A stretch of 53,493 nt of DNA. It comes from Gemmatimonadota bacterium. Lineage in GTDB: Bacteria; Orphanbacterota; Orphanbacteria; Orphanbacterales; Orphanbacteraceae. Made by a program: the position numbers and the translations under genes. Under the pieces are notes generated by a model. That model saw nothing but the letters and a program-made list of their open reading frames with translations. It ran no database searches and was not told where the DNA came from. Numbering within the stretch: the first letter of the stretch is position 1; every line of letters begins with the position of its first letter. Below, piece after piece: positions 10,637 through 20,532 of the stretch. Where the stretch lies: contig JAGUYC010000066.1 of assembly GCA_020061515.1 (NCBI GenBank), positions 1 to 53,493 on the forward strand, written 5' to 3'.

Positions 10637-11311
10637 TTAACGATACAGAGTCTTCACCTGGCCCCAGCTCGACTCCTCGGTCCCCGTGACCTCCGCGCAG
10701 ACCCAGACGTCCCACGAGGTGAGGTTCGTGTCGTCGCCCGCCGCCGCGTCGCCGATCTCGAGCCAGAAGTTCCCGCCCGTCGGCGCGCCGATGAAGGCGG
10801 CGAAGGGGAAGGGGGATTCCGGCGCCGGCAGGTAGCAGCCGGTCGGGATCAGGGACGGGCAGGTCGGGTCGCCGAGGGCCGCGAGCGCCTCGTCCCCGAA
10901 CGTGTAGTAGCCGTTCACGTCGCCGCTGCAGCCGCAGCATCCGTCCGGCCAGGGACAGCCCGCGAGGTTCGGGCGACAGAGGAGCGCCACCGGCCCGATG
11001 TCGTAAACGTTGTCTCCGTCCACATCGTAGTAAAGCCAAGCGACGAGGTCGCCGACCCAGGTCTGGGTGAGCGTCAGGCTGCCGATGATCTTCGTGATCA
11101 CGCCGCCCGGGGCGGTGGGCAGAGGACCGAACGTGTACAGGACGTCCGAGACCAACACCTGGCCGACCGGGAAGACATACTGCGTGCACCCGGTCACGTC
11201 GCACTCGACGCGCTCCGCCGGCTCGCCGCCGTCGTTCGGGATCTTGACGTCGTCGGCGTACGCGCCGATGGCGATCCCGAGGAGGAGAATCACGATCGCC
11301 GTCTTCTTCAT
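10637..11311 (-). CDS. Secreted Cys-rich protein with proprotein-convertase P-domain-like fold and SWG C-terminal tail
   Basis: Signal peptide MKKTAIVILLLGIAIGAYA; TQTWVGDL and GNFWLEIGDAAAGDD..LTSW resemble P-domain motifs; ends TGTEESSWGQVKTLYR. Confidence 0.7.
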   Translation of the reverse strand: MKKTAIVILLLGIAIGAYADDVKIPNDGGEPAERVECDVTGCTQYVFPVGQVLVSDVLYTFGPLPTAPGGVITKIIGSLTLTQTWVGDLVAWLYYDVDGDNVYDIGPVALLCRPNLAGCPWPDGCCGCSGDVNGYYTFGDEALAALGDPTCPSLIPTGCYLPAPESPFPFAAFIGAPTGGNFWLEIGDAAAGDDTNLTSWDVWVCAEVTGTEESSWGQVKTLYR

Positions 11312-11588
11312 TCCACACACCTCTCGGCAAGGACCCTTGTGTCTTCCGCTCGGAAGACCCGCGGTTCGCGCGCGGCCTGCGCCGGGAGCCCGGAGAGGGT
11401 CCGTTCTCCGGACGGGGGGCAACAAGGCCGCCCTTCCACCATAACAAACAGAAACTATCGAAGAGGCCCGCCCCCCACCGTCCGGGGCGATGCTCTCCTC
11501 GTCCACGGGGGTCTCGAAGCGGTGATAGGTTAGCATGAGGACCTCTGCGATGTCAAGGGCGTTCGGGAGCCGGGTTCGGAGGTCCCCA

Positions 11589-11659
11589 CGGCGACGGAAG
11601 GGAGGCCTCTTGAGGCCACGATCCGCGTCCGCAGTAGGAAACGCGTGCATCGTCCAGGC
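11589..11659 (+). repeat. Partial (right-end) copy of the ~180-bp MITE
   Basis: CGGCGACGGAAG...ATCCGC...GCAGTAGGAAACGCGTGCATCGTCCAGGC matches the 3' part of the copies at 16309 and 20036. Confidence 0.8.
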
Positions 11660-11665
11660 GGAAAA

Positions 11666-11698
11666 GAAGGAGCCGCGGCTTTGAACCGCGGCCCCTTC
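11666..11698 (-). terminator. Intrinsic terminator
   Basis: GAAGGAGCCGCGG/CCGCGGCCCCTTC stem followed by TTTTC on the minus strand. Confidence 0.7.
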
Positions 11699-11720
11699 AC
11701 AAAGAGCTTGAAGGATCAGG

Positions 11721-12662
11721 CTAACGATAGAGCGTCTTCACCTGGCCCCAGCTCGTCTCCTCGGTCCCCGTCGGGCAGTCCAGCGTTCCGGTCAGGGTCC
11801 AGGCCCCGCCGCCCGAGAAGTTGTCGAGGATCAGGTAGTACGTGCCGCCCACGGCGAACACATGGTTGATCACCTCGGTCCCGCCCGAGAACGTTGCGTC
11901 CGCGCCGACGACGCAGGTGTTCGCCGGATCGGCGCAGTCGGTCACGATGTAGAACGACGCGTCGGCCGCCGAGTAGTAGGAGAGGCCGATCGTCGCGCCC
12001 GCCGGAACGGTGAACACGTACGTGATGTCCTTGCCCGCCGCGGAGTACCCCGTGCAGGAGGTCGGGTACACGCCCGGCGAGTAGTCGTTAATCGCGTACG
12101 TCATGTTCCCGGAGAGGTTGATCGTCGTGTTGCAGAGGATCTCGATCGCGCCCTCGCAACGGTCGTTCTCCGGCGGAGGAGGCGGCGGCTCGCAGGCCGT
12201 GCAGGTCATCGTGAGCGTGAACGCGCCCTGGGCCGTTCCGTAGCCGTCCACGACGATGTAGTACGTCCCCGGACCGACGCAGCCGGTGAGCGCGGAGGCG
12301 TCGCCGTACGCGATGCAGGCGTTCTCGCTGCACGAGCTGAGGATGAACACGTCGAGGTCGACCGACATGCCGGAGAGCGCCGCGCGGATCGTGTTCCATC
12401 CGGTCGTCGTGAGAACGAACACCTTCTCGGGTCCGCCCTCGTTCCAGGAAACGCAGTTGTAGGTGTTCACGTTGTTCACGCCGCCGACCGTCGTGCTCTG
12501 GATGGCCTGGCCGCACGCGATCACGGTGGCGCCGGTACAGTCGAGCGCGCGGGAGTTCTCAACGGGCACGCCGATCTCCGCCTCGATCTTCTTGTCCCGC
12601 TCATCGGCGAACGCCGGCAGAGCGAACACGAGACACAAAGCGATCACAAACAGGTTTCTCAA
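11721..12662 (-). CDS. Secreted protein with two PPC (pre-peptidase C-terminal)-like domains and SWG C-terminal tail
   Basis: GGAGGGAG RBS then TTG; signal peptide ending ALPAFA; repeats PGTYYIVVDGY and GGTYYLILDNF with a poly-Pro linker; ends TGTEETSWGQVKTLYR. Confidence 0.75.
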   Translation of the reverse strand: MRNLFVIALCLVFALPAFADERDKKIEAEIGVPVENSRALDCTGATVIACGQAIQSTTVGGVNNVNTYNCVSWNEGGPEKVFVLTTTGWNTIRAALSGMSVDLDVFILSSCSENACIAYGDASALTGCVGPGTYYIVVDGYGTAQGAFTLTMTCTACEPPPPPPENDRCEGAIEILCNTTINLSGNMTYAINDYSPGVYPTSCTGYSAAGKDITYVFTVPAGATIGLSYYSAADASFYIVTDCADPANTCVVGADATFSGGTEVINHVFAVGGTYYLILDNFSGGGAWTLTGTLDCPTGTEETSWGQVKTLYR

Positions 12663-13074
12663 GATGCTCCCTCCTTTTGCGGCTCTCGTCTTGTCGGGAC
12701 AAGACCGCCGCGCATCAATCGCCACGAACTCTTGCTATCACGGATTCGTACACCTTGACTTCCGCAATCACCTCCTCGCTTCCAGTCGCTTCGGTCGAAG
12801 ATGCTTCGATCCAGTCTCCTCTTTTTGTCGGTGTTTGCATTGTATCATCCCGGAGACCTCGGGGTCAACTGCAAAAGCGCCTTTCCCTTGAGCCTGCAAG
12901 GTCGGTGCGTCCCTGCGGCGACTTCGGGGGAATCCCCCGGTCCCGTCCGACCATTCGGATCGGCAGGCGCCCGGAAAACCTTGAATGGACAGGCGTTGAT
13001 CGAATGGAGATCGAGTCTTCCGCCCCTCCCATAACTTCTGAGAGGAGCCTCGTATTCAGTTCATTTAACTAATG

Positions 13075-14772
13075 TTACGAACAGCCGGCCGAAGAGGATC
13101 TTCCGGAGGGGGACTGCCGCCTCCTCGTGCGACCGGTTTGCCCGCGACGGCTCTCTCGGCCTCCCTCCTCTCCCCTCGGCAGGTAGAGATCGATCTCTCC
13201 CCGGGACGGATCCGCGCGCGCGATCCCCACGCGGACCCGATCGCCCATCCGAAAGACCGTCCGGGTGCGCCGCCCGATGAGGCGCGCGTTCCTCTCGTCG
13301 AACCGGAACTCGTCCCCTTCGAGGAGCGAGGTCCGCACGAGCCCCTCGGCGCCGAGGCCGTCGATGCGAACGAAGAACCCGAACCGGACGACGCCGGTGA
13401 TCCTCCCTTCGAACTCCTCGCCGAGGCGCTTCGCGAGGTATCTCGCCTGCAGCATGCGCACCGCGAGCCGCTCGGCCGCCTCCGCCGCCCGCTCCGTCTC
13501 GCTGCAGTGCTTTCCCACGGCGTCGATTCGCGGCGCGAGGCGGCGCGCGTACGAGGGGACATATCCGGACCGCCCGCGGAGCGCGCGCAGCATTCGATGG
13601 ACGAAGAGGTCCGGGTAGCGACGGATCGGAGAGGTGAAGTGCGTGTAGTGCCGAAAGGCGAGACCGAAGTGGCCGATGTTCTCCCGCTGATAGACCGCCT
13701 TCTGCATCGAGCGGAGCATGAGCTCGTGGACGAGGTCCGCGTCGGGAGCGAGCTTGATCTTCTCGAGAAAGCGGGCGAAGCGGATCGGGCGCATGTCGTC
13801 CGAGACGGGGAACGAGTATCCGAGGCGATCCATCATGTAGGAGAAGAACGCGAGGCTCTCCCGATCGGGCCGGCCGTGCACGCGGTAGAGAAGCGGCTGT
13901 CCCTTGCGCATCACCTCGACCGCGACCGCTCGGTTCGCGGCGAGCATGAACTCCTCGATCAGACGATGGGACTCGAGGCGGACCCGCCGGCCGATCTCAA
14001 CGACCTCTCCTCGCTCGTCGAGAACGACCTTCGCCTCGGGAAGATCGAAATCGAGCGAGCCCTCCTCGGAGCGCCGCCGGAAAAGGAGGCGCGCGAGCGT
14101 GCGCGCGAGGAGGAGGTTCTCCGCGACGCGAAGGGTTTTCGCGTCCGCTTTCCCCTCGTCGAAGAAGCGCTGCACCTCCTCGTACGAGAGCTTCGCGCGG
14201 GAGCGGATCACGCTCTCCTCGAAGCGCCACTTGATGGGTGATCCATTCGCATCGAAATCGATGACGATCGTATGCGCGAGGCGCCGGCGGTTCGGGCGGA
14301 GCGAACAGACGTCGTTCGAGAGGGGCTCGGGGAGCATCGGGATCACGAAGCCGGGAAGATAGACCGAGTTCCCGCGGCGGAACGCCTCCCGGTCGAGCGC
14401 GCTCCCCTCCCTCACGTAGAAGGAGACGTCCGCGATGTGGACGCCGAGCCGATAGCCGTCTTTCCGGCGCTCGACGGAGATCGCGTCGTCGTGGTCCTTC
14501 GCGTCGGACGGATCGATCGTGTAGACGAGATCCTTCGTCCGATCGACCCGCCGCGATTCCTCCGCCGCCGTCTCCTTCGCCGCCTCGCGGTCCGCCTCTC
14601 GGAGAACGGAAGCCGGGAACGCGGTCGGGAAACCGAATGTCCGAACGACGGATAGAAGATCCGCGCCGGACGCGCGCGGTTCGCCGGGCCTCGCCTCCCT
14701 CGGCCCGCGCGCTTTGGCCGGGCGCCCGGCCGCCTCCCGGCTTCTCCTTCGACTCTTCCACTCCTTCCTCAT
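13075..14772 (-). CDS. rnr: RNase R/II family exoribonuclease (RNB + S1), N-terminally short
   Basis: TIDPSDAKDHDDA, HIADVS, HFGLAF..YTHFTSPIRRYPDL, C-terminal S1 domain. Confidence 0.88.
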   Translation of the reverse strand: MRKEWKSRRRSREAAGRPAKARGPREARPGEPRASGADLLSVVRTFGFPTAFPASVLREADREAAKETAAEESRRVDRTKDLVYTIDPSDAKDHDDAISVERRKDGYRLGVHIADVSFYVREGSALDREAFRRGNSVYLPGFVIPMLPEPLSNDVCSLRPNRRRLAHTIVIDFDANGSPIKWRFEESVIRSRAKLSYEEVQRFFDEGKADAKTLRVAENLLLARTLARLLFRRRSEEGSLDFDLPEAKVVLDERGEVVEIGRRVRLESHRLIEEFMLAANRAVAVEVMRKGQPLLYRVHGRPDRESLAFFSYMMDRLGYSFPVSDDMRPIRFARFLEKIKLAPDADLVHELMLRSMQKAVYQRENIGHFGLAFRHYTHFTSPIRRYPDLFVHRMLRALRGRSGYVPSYARRLAPRIDAVGKHCSETERAAEAAERLAVRMLQARYLAKRLGEEFEGRITGVVRFGFFVRIDGLGAEGLVRTSLLEGDEFRFDERNARLIGRRTRTVFRMGDRVRVGIARADPSRGEIDLYLPRGEEGGRESRRGQTGRTRRRQSPSGRSSSAGCS

Positions 14773-15021
14773 GCGGGGAACGGTAGTGCCCGCACGGGAG
14801 ATCGTCAACGAGGGACGCATCCCGCGGAAAGAACCGCAGGGAAGGAGAGCGACCGAGGCGCCGGCTTTGCTTGCGGCGCGCCGACTCCGCGCTTATACTC
14901 GCTCCGGATATTCGATCAACGGTCGACGCCCGGGACCTCCCCGGGCCCCGGACGGCCATCAACGGCATTCTTCAACCCCATCGATTGGGATCCAACGTCT
15001 GCTGAAAGTGAGAGGAACGAG

Positions 15022-16308
<1,287 letters not shown>

Positions 16309-16311
<3 letters not shown>

Positions 16312-16490
16312 CCTGGATGATGCACGCGTTTTCGTCGCGAGGGTGCGGAGCGCGAGACGAGAGGCCGAACTGGACGAGCCGCTCCCGGAATCGTAGTCTC
16401 GGCACTACGATGAGGAAGCGGCGACGGAAGAGAGGCCTCGTAGGCCGCGATCCGCAGCCGCAGTAGGAAACGCGTGCAGAATGCAGGCTA
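16309..16490 (+). mobile_element. ~180-bp MITE/ERIC-like element, copy 1; its left end coincides with the gdhA stop codon
   Basis: Terminal inverted repeats TAGCCTGGATGATGCACGCGTTTTC / GGAAACGCGTGCAGAATGCAGGCTA; internal TCGTAG-N8-CTACGA hairpin. Confidence 0.85.
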
Positions 16491-16506
16491 ACTCGAGGGG
16501 AGCGGA

Positions 16507-19500
16507 ATGGAGAAACCGCCTCGGCCTCGACACGAGATGCTCGGCGACCTCCAGGAGCGGGCCAAGGAGCTCAACTGCCTGTACGAGGTCGAGAGACATC
16601 TCGGCCGGTCCGGCGCCCCCCGGGACGTCGTTCTCCAAGAGGTCGTCGAGGCGATCCCGGGCGGCTTTCAGCACGTGAAGGCGTGCCGGGCAATTCTCGT
16701 CTGCGGCGGCGAGGAGTACCGCTCCGAGCCGTTCGACCCGACCCCTTGGGTGTTGTCCGCGCCGCTCGAAATCCAAGGAGAGCCGCTCGGCCGGCTCTCC
16801 GTCTTCTACATCGAGGAGATGCCCCCCGAGGACGTGGGCCCCTTCCTCTCCGAGGAGGAGCGGCTGGTCAACATCGTGGCCAACCGTTTAAGCCATTATC
16901 TTTTCTATCAGAAGCTTCGAGACATTCAAAGAGACATTGAAGAGACGCGGAAGGCGAACGTGTACGATCCGAAGGAGGATTGGCGGGCGCCGATCCGCCT
17001 CCTGCGCGAATCGGACCGGAGCGTCTACCTGCGGATCGCCCGGCGCATGCTGAACCACCTAACCCGCATCGGGATCGACGAGGCGCGAACGCTCCTCGCC
17101 GGCGGCGGAGGGCCGTGCGGCGAGGAGGTCTCGGGAGAGACGAACGTCCCGAGCCGCTGCCTGGAGCCGGACGGCGCCGTTCTCATGAGCGACCGGCCGT
17201 TCGAGCTCGCGAGCCGGCATCTCTCCGGCGCGGAGATCCTGAGGCGCGTCGAGCGATGGCTGGTGGAAGACAAGGCCGGGTACTTCATCAAGATCCTGAA
17301 CAGCCCTCGCTCTTCGCTTCCGGAGCTGGCGGACGCCATCCGCCGCTTCCACGTCCTCATCTCCGGCGGCGCGGGGCTTCCCGATTCGACGCTGAAGAGC
17401 CTCCGCGTCTCGCTGACGCAGCGTCTCTTGACCGAGCAGCTCGACTTCGTCCGAACGGCGAAGGACTTCATGGAGATCACGGACTTCGTCGACCTGATCA
17501 AACGACTGATCATGCCCCCCGAGAGCCACGGCAAGCTGGGCGGGAAGGGCGCGGGGCTTCTTCTCGCCCACAAAGTCCTCCAGAGCACGCTCACGAAAGA
17601 GCGGCCCATCGGGGACGTGAAGATCCCCAAGACCTGGTACATCGCCTCCGACGGGCTCTTCGATTTCGTGGGACACAACGACCTCCAGGACGTGATCGAG
17701 CAGAAGTTCAAGGAGATCGATGATGTACGAAATGAATACCCGAGCATCATTCGACTCTTTAAGAGCGCCTCGTTCACGCCCCGCGTAGTGAGCGGCCTTT
17801 CGCTGGCGCTCGACGACCTCGGCGAGGTTCCTGTGATCGTGCGGAGCTCCAGCCTGTTGGAGGACCGTTTGGGCACCGCCTTCTCGGGCAAGTACAAGAG
17901 CCTCTTCCTGGCGAACCAGGGAACGAAAGAGGAGAGATTGGACGCCCTAATGGACGCGATCGCCGAGGTCTATGCATCGATCTTCGGGCCCGACCCGATC
18001 GAGTACCGGCGCGAGCACGGCCTCCTCGAGTTCGACGAGGAGATGGGGATCCTCATTCAGGAGGTGGTCGGCACCCGAGTGGGACGTTACTTCTTTCCCG
18101 CGTTCGCGGGGGTCGCCTTCAGCAACAACGAGTTTCGCTGGTCGCCCCGCATCAAGAGGGAAGACGGGCTCGTTCGAATCGTCGCCGGGCTCGGGACGCG
18201 TGCGGTGGACCGCGTGGCGGACGACTACCCGGTCCTCGCGGTTCCCGGGAAACCCGAACTGAGAGCGAACGTCTCCATCGACGAGATCGTTCGCTACGCC
18301 CCCCGCAAGATCGACCTCATCAATCTGGAAACCCGTACGCTGGAGACGGTGGACATCGACAGCCTGATCAAGGAATGCGGGAGCGCCTATCCCGCAATGG
18401 ATCTCGTCTTCTCCATCGTGCAGGACGACAGGCTTCGCAAGCCGATCGATCTCTTGGTCGATCCGGAGAAGGACGACCTCGTCGCCGCCTTCCAGGGGCT
18501 TTTCGCGGACACTCCGTTTCTGAAGCACATCCGGAACATCATGACCATTCTTCAAGAGCACATGCACACGCCGGTCGACGTGGAGTTCGCCCACGACGGG
18601 CGCGACTTCTATCTCCTCCAGTGTCGCCCGCAGAGCTATGCCGGCGAGACCGCGCCCGCGCCGATTCCCAAGGATATTCCCCCGCAAGACGTCGTCTTCT
18701 CCGCCCATCAGTACGTCTCCAACGGTTTCGTCCCGGATATCACGCACGTGGTCTACGTGGATCCGGAGGGCTACGGCGAGATCGAGACGCGCGAGGAGCT
18801 TCTTGCGGTCGGACGCGCGGTCGGCCGCCTGAACAAAATGCTCCCCAAGAGGCAGTTCATCCTGATGGGGCCGGGACGTTGGGGGAGCCGCGGCGACCCG
18901 AAGCTGGGCGTCAGCGTGACGTACGCCGACATCAACAACTCGTCGATGCTGGTGGAGATCGCGCGCCGAAAGGGGAGCTACGTGCCCGACCTCTCCTTCG
19001 GCACCCACTTCTTCCAGGATCTCGTGGAGTCCCGGATCCGCTTCCTGCCTCTCTACCCGGACAACCCCGGCGTCGTCTTCAACGAGACGTTTCTGAAGAA
19101 GTCCGCGAACTTGCTTCCCGAGATCCTTCCGGAGTTCGACGTTCTTTCCGGAACGGTTCGGGTGATCGATGTTCCCGCCTCGGCCGAAGGCCGCGTGTTG
19201 CGCGTGCTCCAGAACGCGGAAATCGACGAGGCGGTGGCCTTTCTGATCGCGCCCGCAGAAGGACCCCGCGGAAGACCCGACAGCGGAGCGGGCGCGGAAG
19301 CTCTCCGCAAGCCTCTCCAGTATTGGCAATGGCGGATGAAGATGGCCGAGCGGATCGCGGAGGAGATCGACGCCGCGCGGTTCGGAGTTCAAGCGATGTA
19401 CGTCTTCGGAAGCACGAAGAACGCCACCGCCGGCCCAGCGAGCGACATCGATCTTCTGGTGCACTTCCGAGGGGACGAATGCCAGAGGAGGGAGCTCCTC

Positions 19501-19701
19501 AGCTGGTTCGAGGGATGGAGCCTCTGCCTCGCCGAGATGAACTATTTACGTACCGGTTATCGAAGCGACAGGCTTCTCGACGTGTACCTCGTCACCGACG
19601 AGGACATCGCCAACCGAACCAGCTACGCCGTCAAGATCGACGCGGTGACCGACGCCGCCCGCGAGCTGCCGCTCGGAAAACGGGAAGATCGCGAAGATTA
19701 G
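16507..19701 (+). CDS. GAF-like + PEP-synthase/PPDK N-terminal (ATP-grasp) + minimal nucleotidyltransferase fusion
   Basis: ERAKELNCLY...EEERL N-terminus; LGGKGAGL, VRSSSLLED, GLGTRAV, DVEFA, LLQCRP; GTHFFQ; C-terminal FGS-x9-SDIDL. Confidence 0.85.
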   Translation: MEKPPRPRHEMLGDLQERAKELNCLYEVERHLGRSGAPRDVVLQEVVEAIPGGFQHVKACRAILVCGGEEYRSEPFDPTPWVLSAPLEIQGEPLGRLSVFYIEEMPPEDVGPFLSEEERLVNIVANRLSHYLFYQKLRDIQRDIEETRKANVYDPKEDWRAPIRLLRESDRSVYLRIARRMLNHLTRIGIDEARTLLAGGGGPCGEEVSGETNVPSRCLEPDGAVLMSDRPFELASRHLSGAEILRRVERWLVEDKAGYFIKILNSPRSSLPELADAIRRFHVLISGGAGLPDSTLKSLRVSLTQRLLTEQLDFVRTAKDFMEITDFVDLIKRLIMPPESHGKLGGKGAGLLLAHKVLQSTLTKERPIGDVKIPKTWYIASDGLFDFVGHNDLQDVIEQKFKEIDDVRNEYPSIIRLFKSASFTPRVVSGLSLALDDLGEVPVIVRSSSLLEDRLGTAFSGKYKSLFLANQGTKEERLDALMDAIAEVYASIFGPDPIEYRREHGLLEFDEEMGILIQEVVGTRVGRYFFPAFAGVAFSNNEFRWSPRIKREDGLVRIVAGLGTRAVDRVADDYPVLAVPGKPELRANVSIDEIVRYAPRKIDLINLETRTLETVDIDSLIKECGSAYPAMDLVFSIVQDDRLRKPIDLLVDPEKDDLVAAFQGLFADTPFLKHIRNIMTILQEHMHTPVDVEFAHDGRDFYLLQCRPQSYAGETAPAPIPKDIPPQDVVFSAHQYVSNGFVPDITHVVYVDPEGYGEIETREELLAVGRAVGRLNKMLPKRQFILMGPGRWGSRGDPKLGVSVTYADINNSSMLVEIARRKGSYVPDLSFGTHFFQDLVESRIRFLPLYPDNPGVVFNETFLKKSANLLPEILPEFDVLSGTVRVIDVPASAEGRVLRVLQNAEIDEAVAFLIAPAEGPRGRPDSGAGAEALRKPLQYWQWRMKMAERIAEEIDAARFGVQAMYVFGSTKNATAGPASDIDLLVHFRGDECQRRELLSWFEGWSLCLAEMNYLRTGYRSDRLLDVYLVTDEDIANRTSYAVKIDAVTDAARELPLGKREDRED

Positions 19702-19822
19702 GAGCGAAGAGAAGCGGGTCCGACCCCCGTGGAGAGCAGCCACGACGAGGATTCGGGCGGCCCGACCGGAAGCGGGGAAGCTGGTCCGTGGGCGGGGGGA
19801 AAGGGCGGGCCGTCCCGACGGA

Positions 19823-20417
19823 TCAAGGCATGGGAACGTACTTCGCGAGCTCCTCAAGACCCTTGTCGATCCTTCTCGGAGCGAACTCGACTTGTTGATT
19901 GAGCAGGAAAGGCCTGGGAAGTTCCAGCGGACGGATTCCGGAAGTGAACGAGATGAGCCTTGCGCCGGGTTTCCGTCCCATCAAGATATTGGTTGTGAAG
20001 AAACTCCTCCACTCGAACTCGACCCACGGCCGTCTTAGCCTGGATGATGCACGCGTTTTCGTCGCGAGGATGCGGAGCGGGAGCCGAGAGGCCGACCGGT
20101 ACGAGCTGCTCCTGGAAACGTAGTCTCGGCACTACGCTCTAGGAAGCGGCGACGGAAGGGAGACCTCGCAGGCCGCGATCCGCAGCCGCAGTAGAAAACG
20201 CGTGCATAATCCAGGTTAGGTAGTCCGGTCGGGTTGCGACTGCAATCAGCGACGTCGCGGCATCCAACGCATCATCGATGATTGGCGGAAAGAACGGGCA
20301 CCTGATGTCCTGACTGCTGCAGATTGCGGAGATCCGTCGATCTCCGAGAGAGGGGCACACCAAGAGGACCGATTCCAAGGACAAGGAATCGGGCGCGGCA
20401 CATCCCCGCCCCACCAT
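19823..20417 (-). pseudogene. TIR-domain gene remnant interrupted by a MITE
   Basis: Removing the element restores IDDALDAATSLIAVATRPDYL|RRPWVEFEWRSFF...LPRPFL in frame; N-terminus degenerate. Confidence 0.7.
20036..20218 (+). mobile_element. ~180-bp MITE, copy 2, with TA target duplication
   Basis: TAGCCTGGATGATGCACGCGTTTTC...GAAAACGCGTGCATAATCCAGGTTA; colinear with copy 1. Confidence 0.9.
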
Positions 20418-20532
20418 GCTCCGTACCGTTTAACCCGGAGACGAGAAGTCTCGGGGCTTCGCCCGAGTCCACGGACGAGTTCCGGAGGTCCGCACGAGCA
20501 ACGAACGCCCTCCGGAAGAGGCCCCTTCGCCC

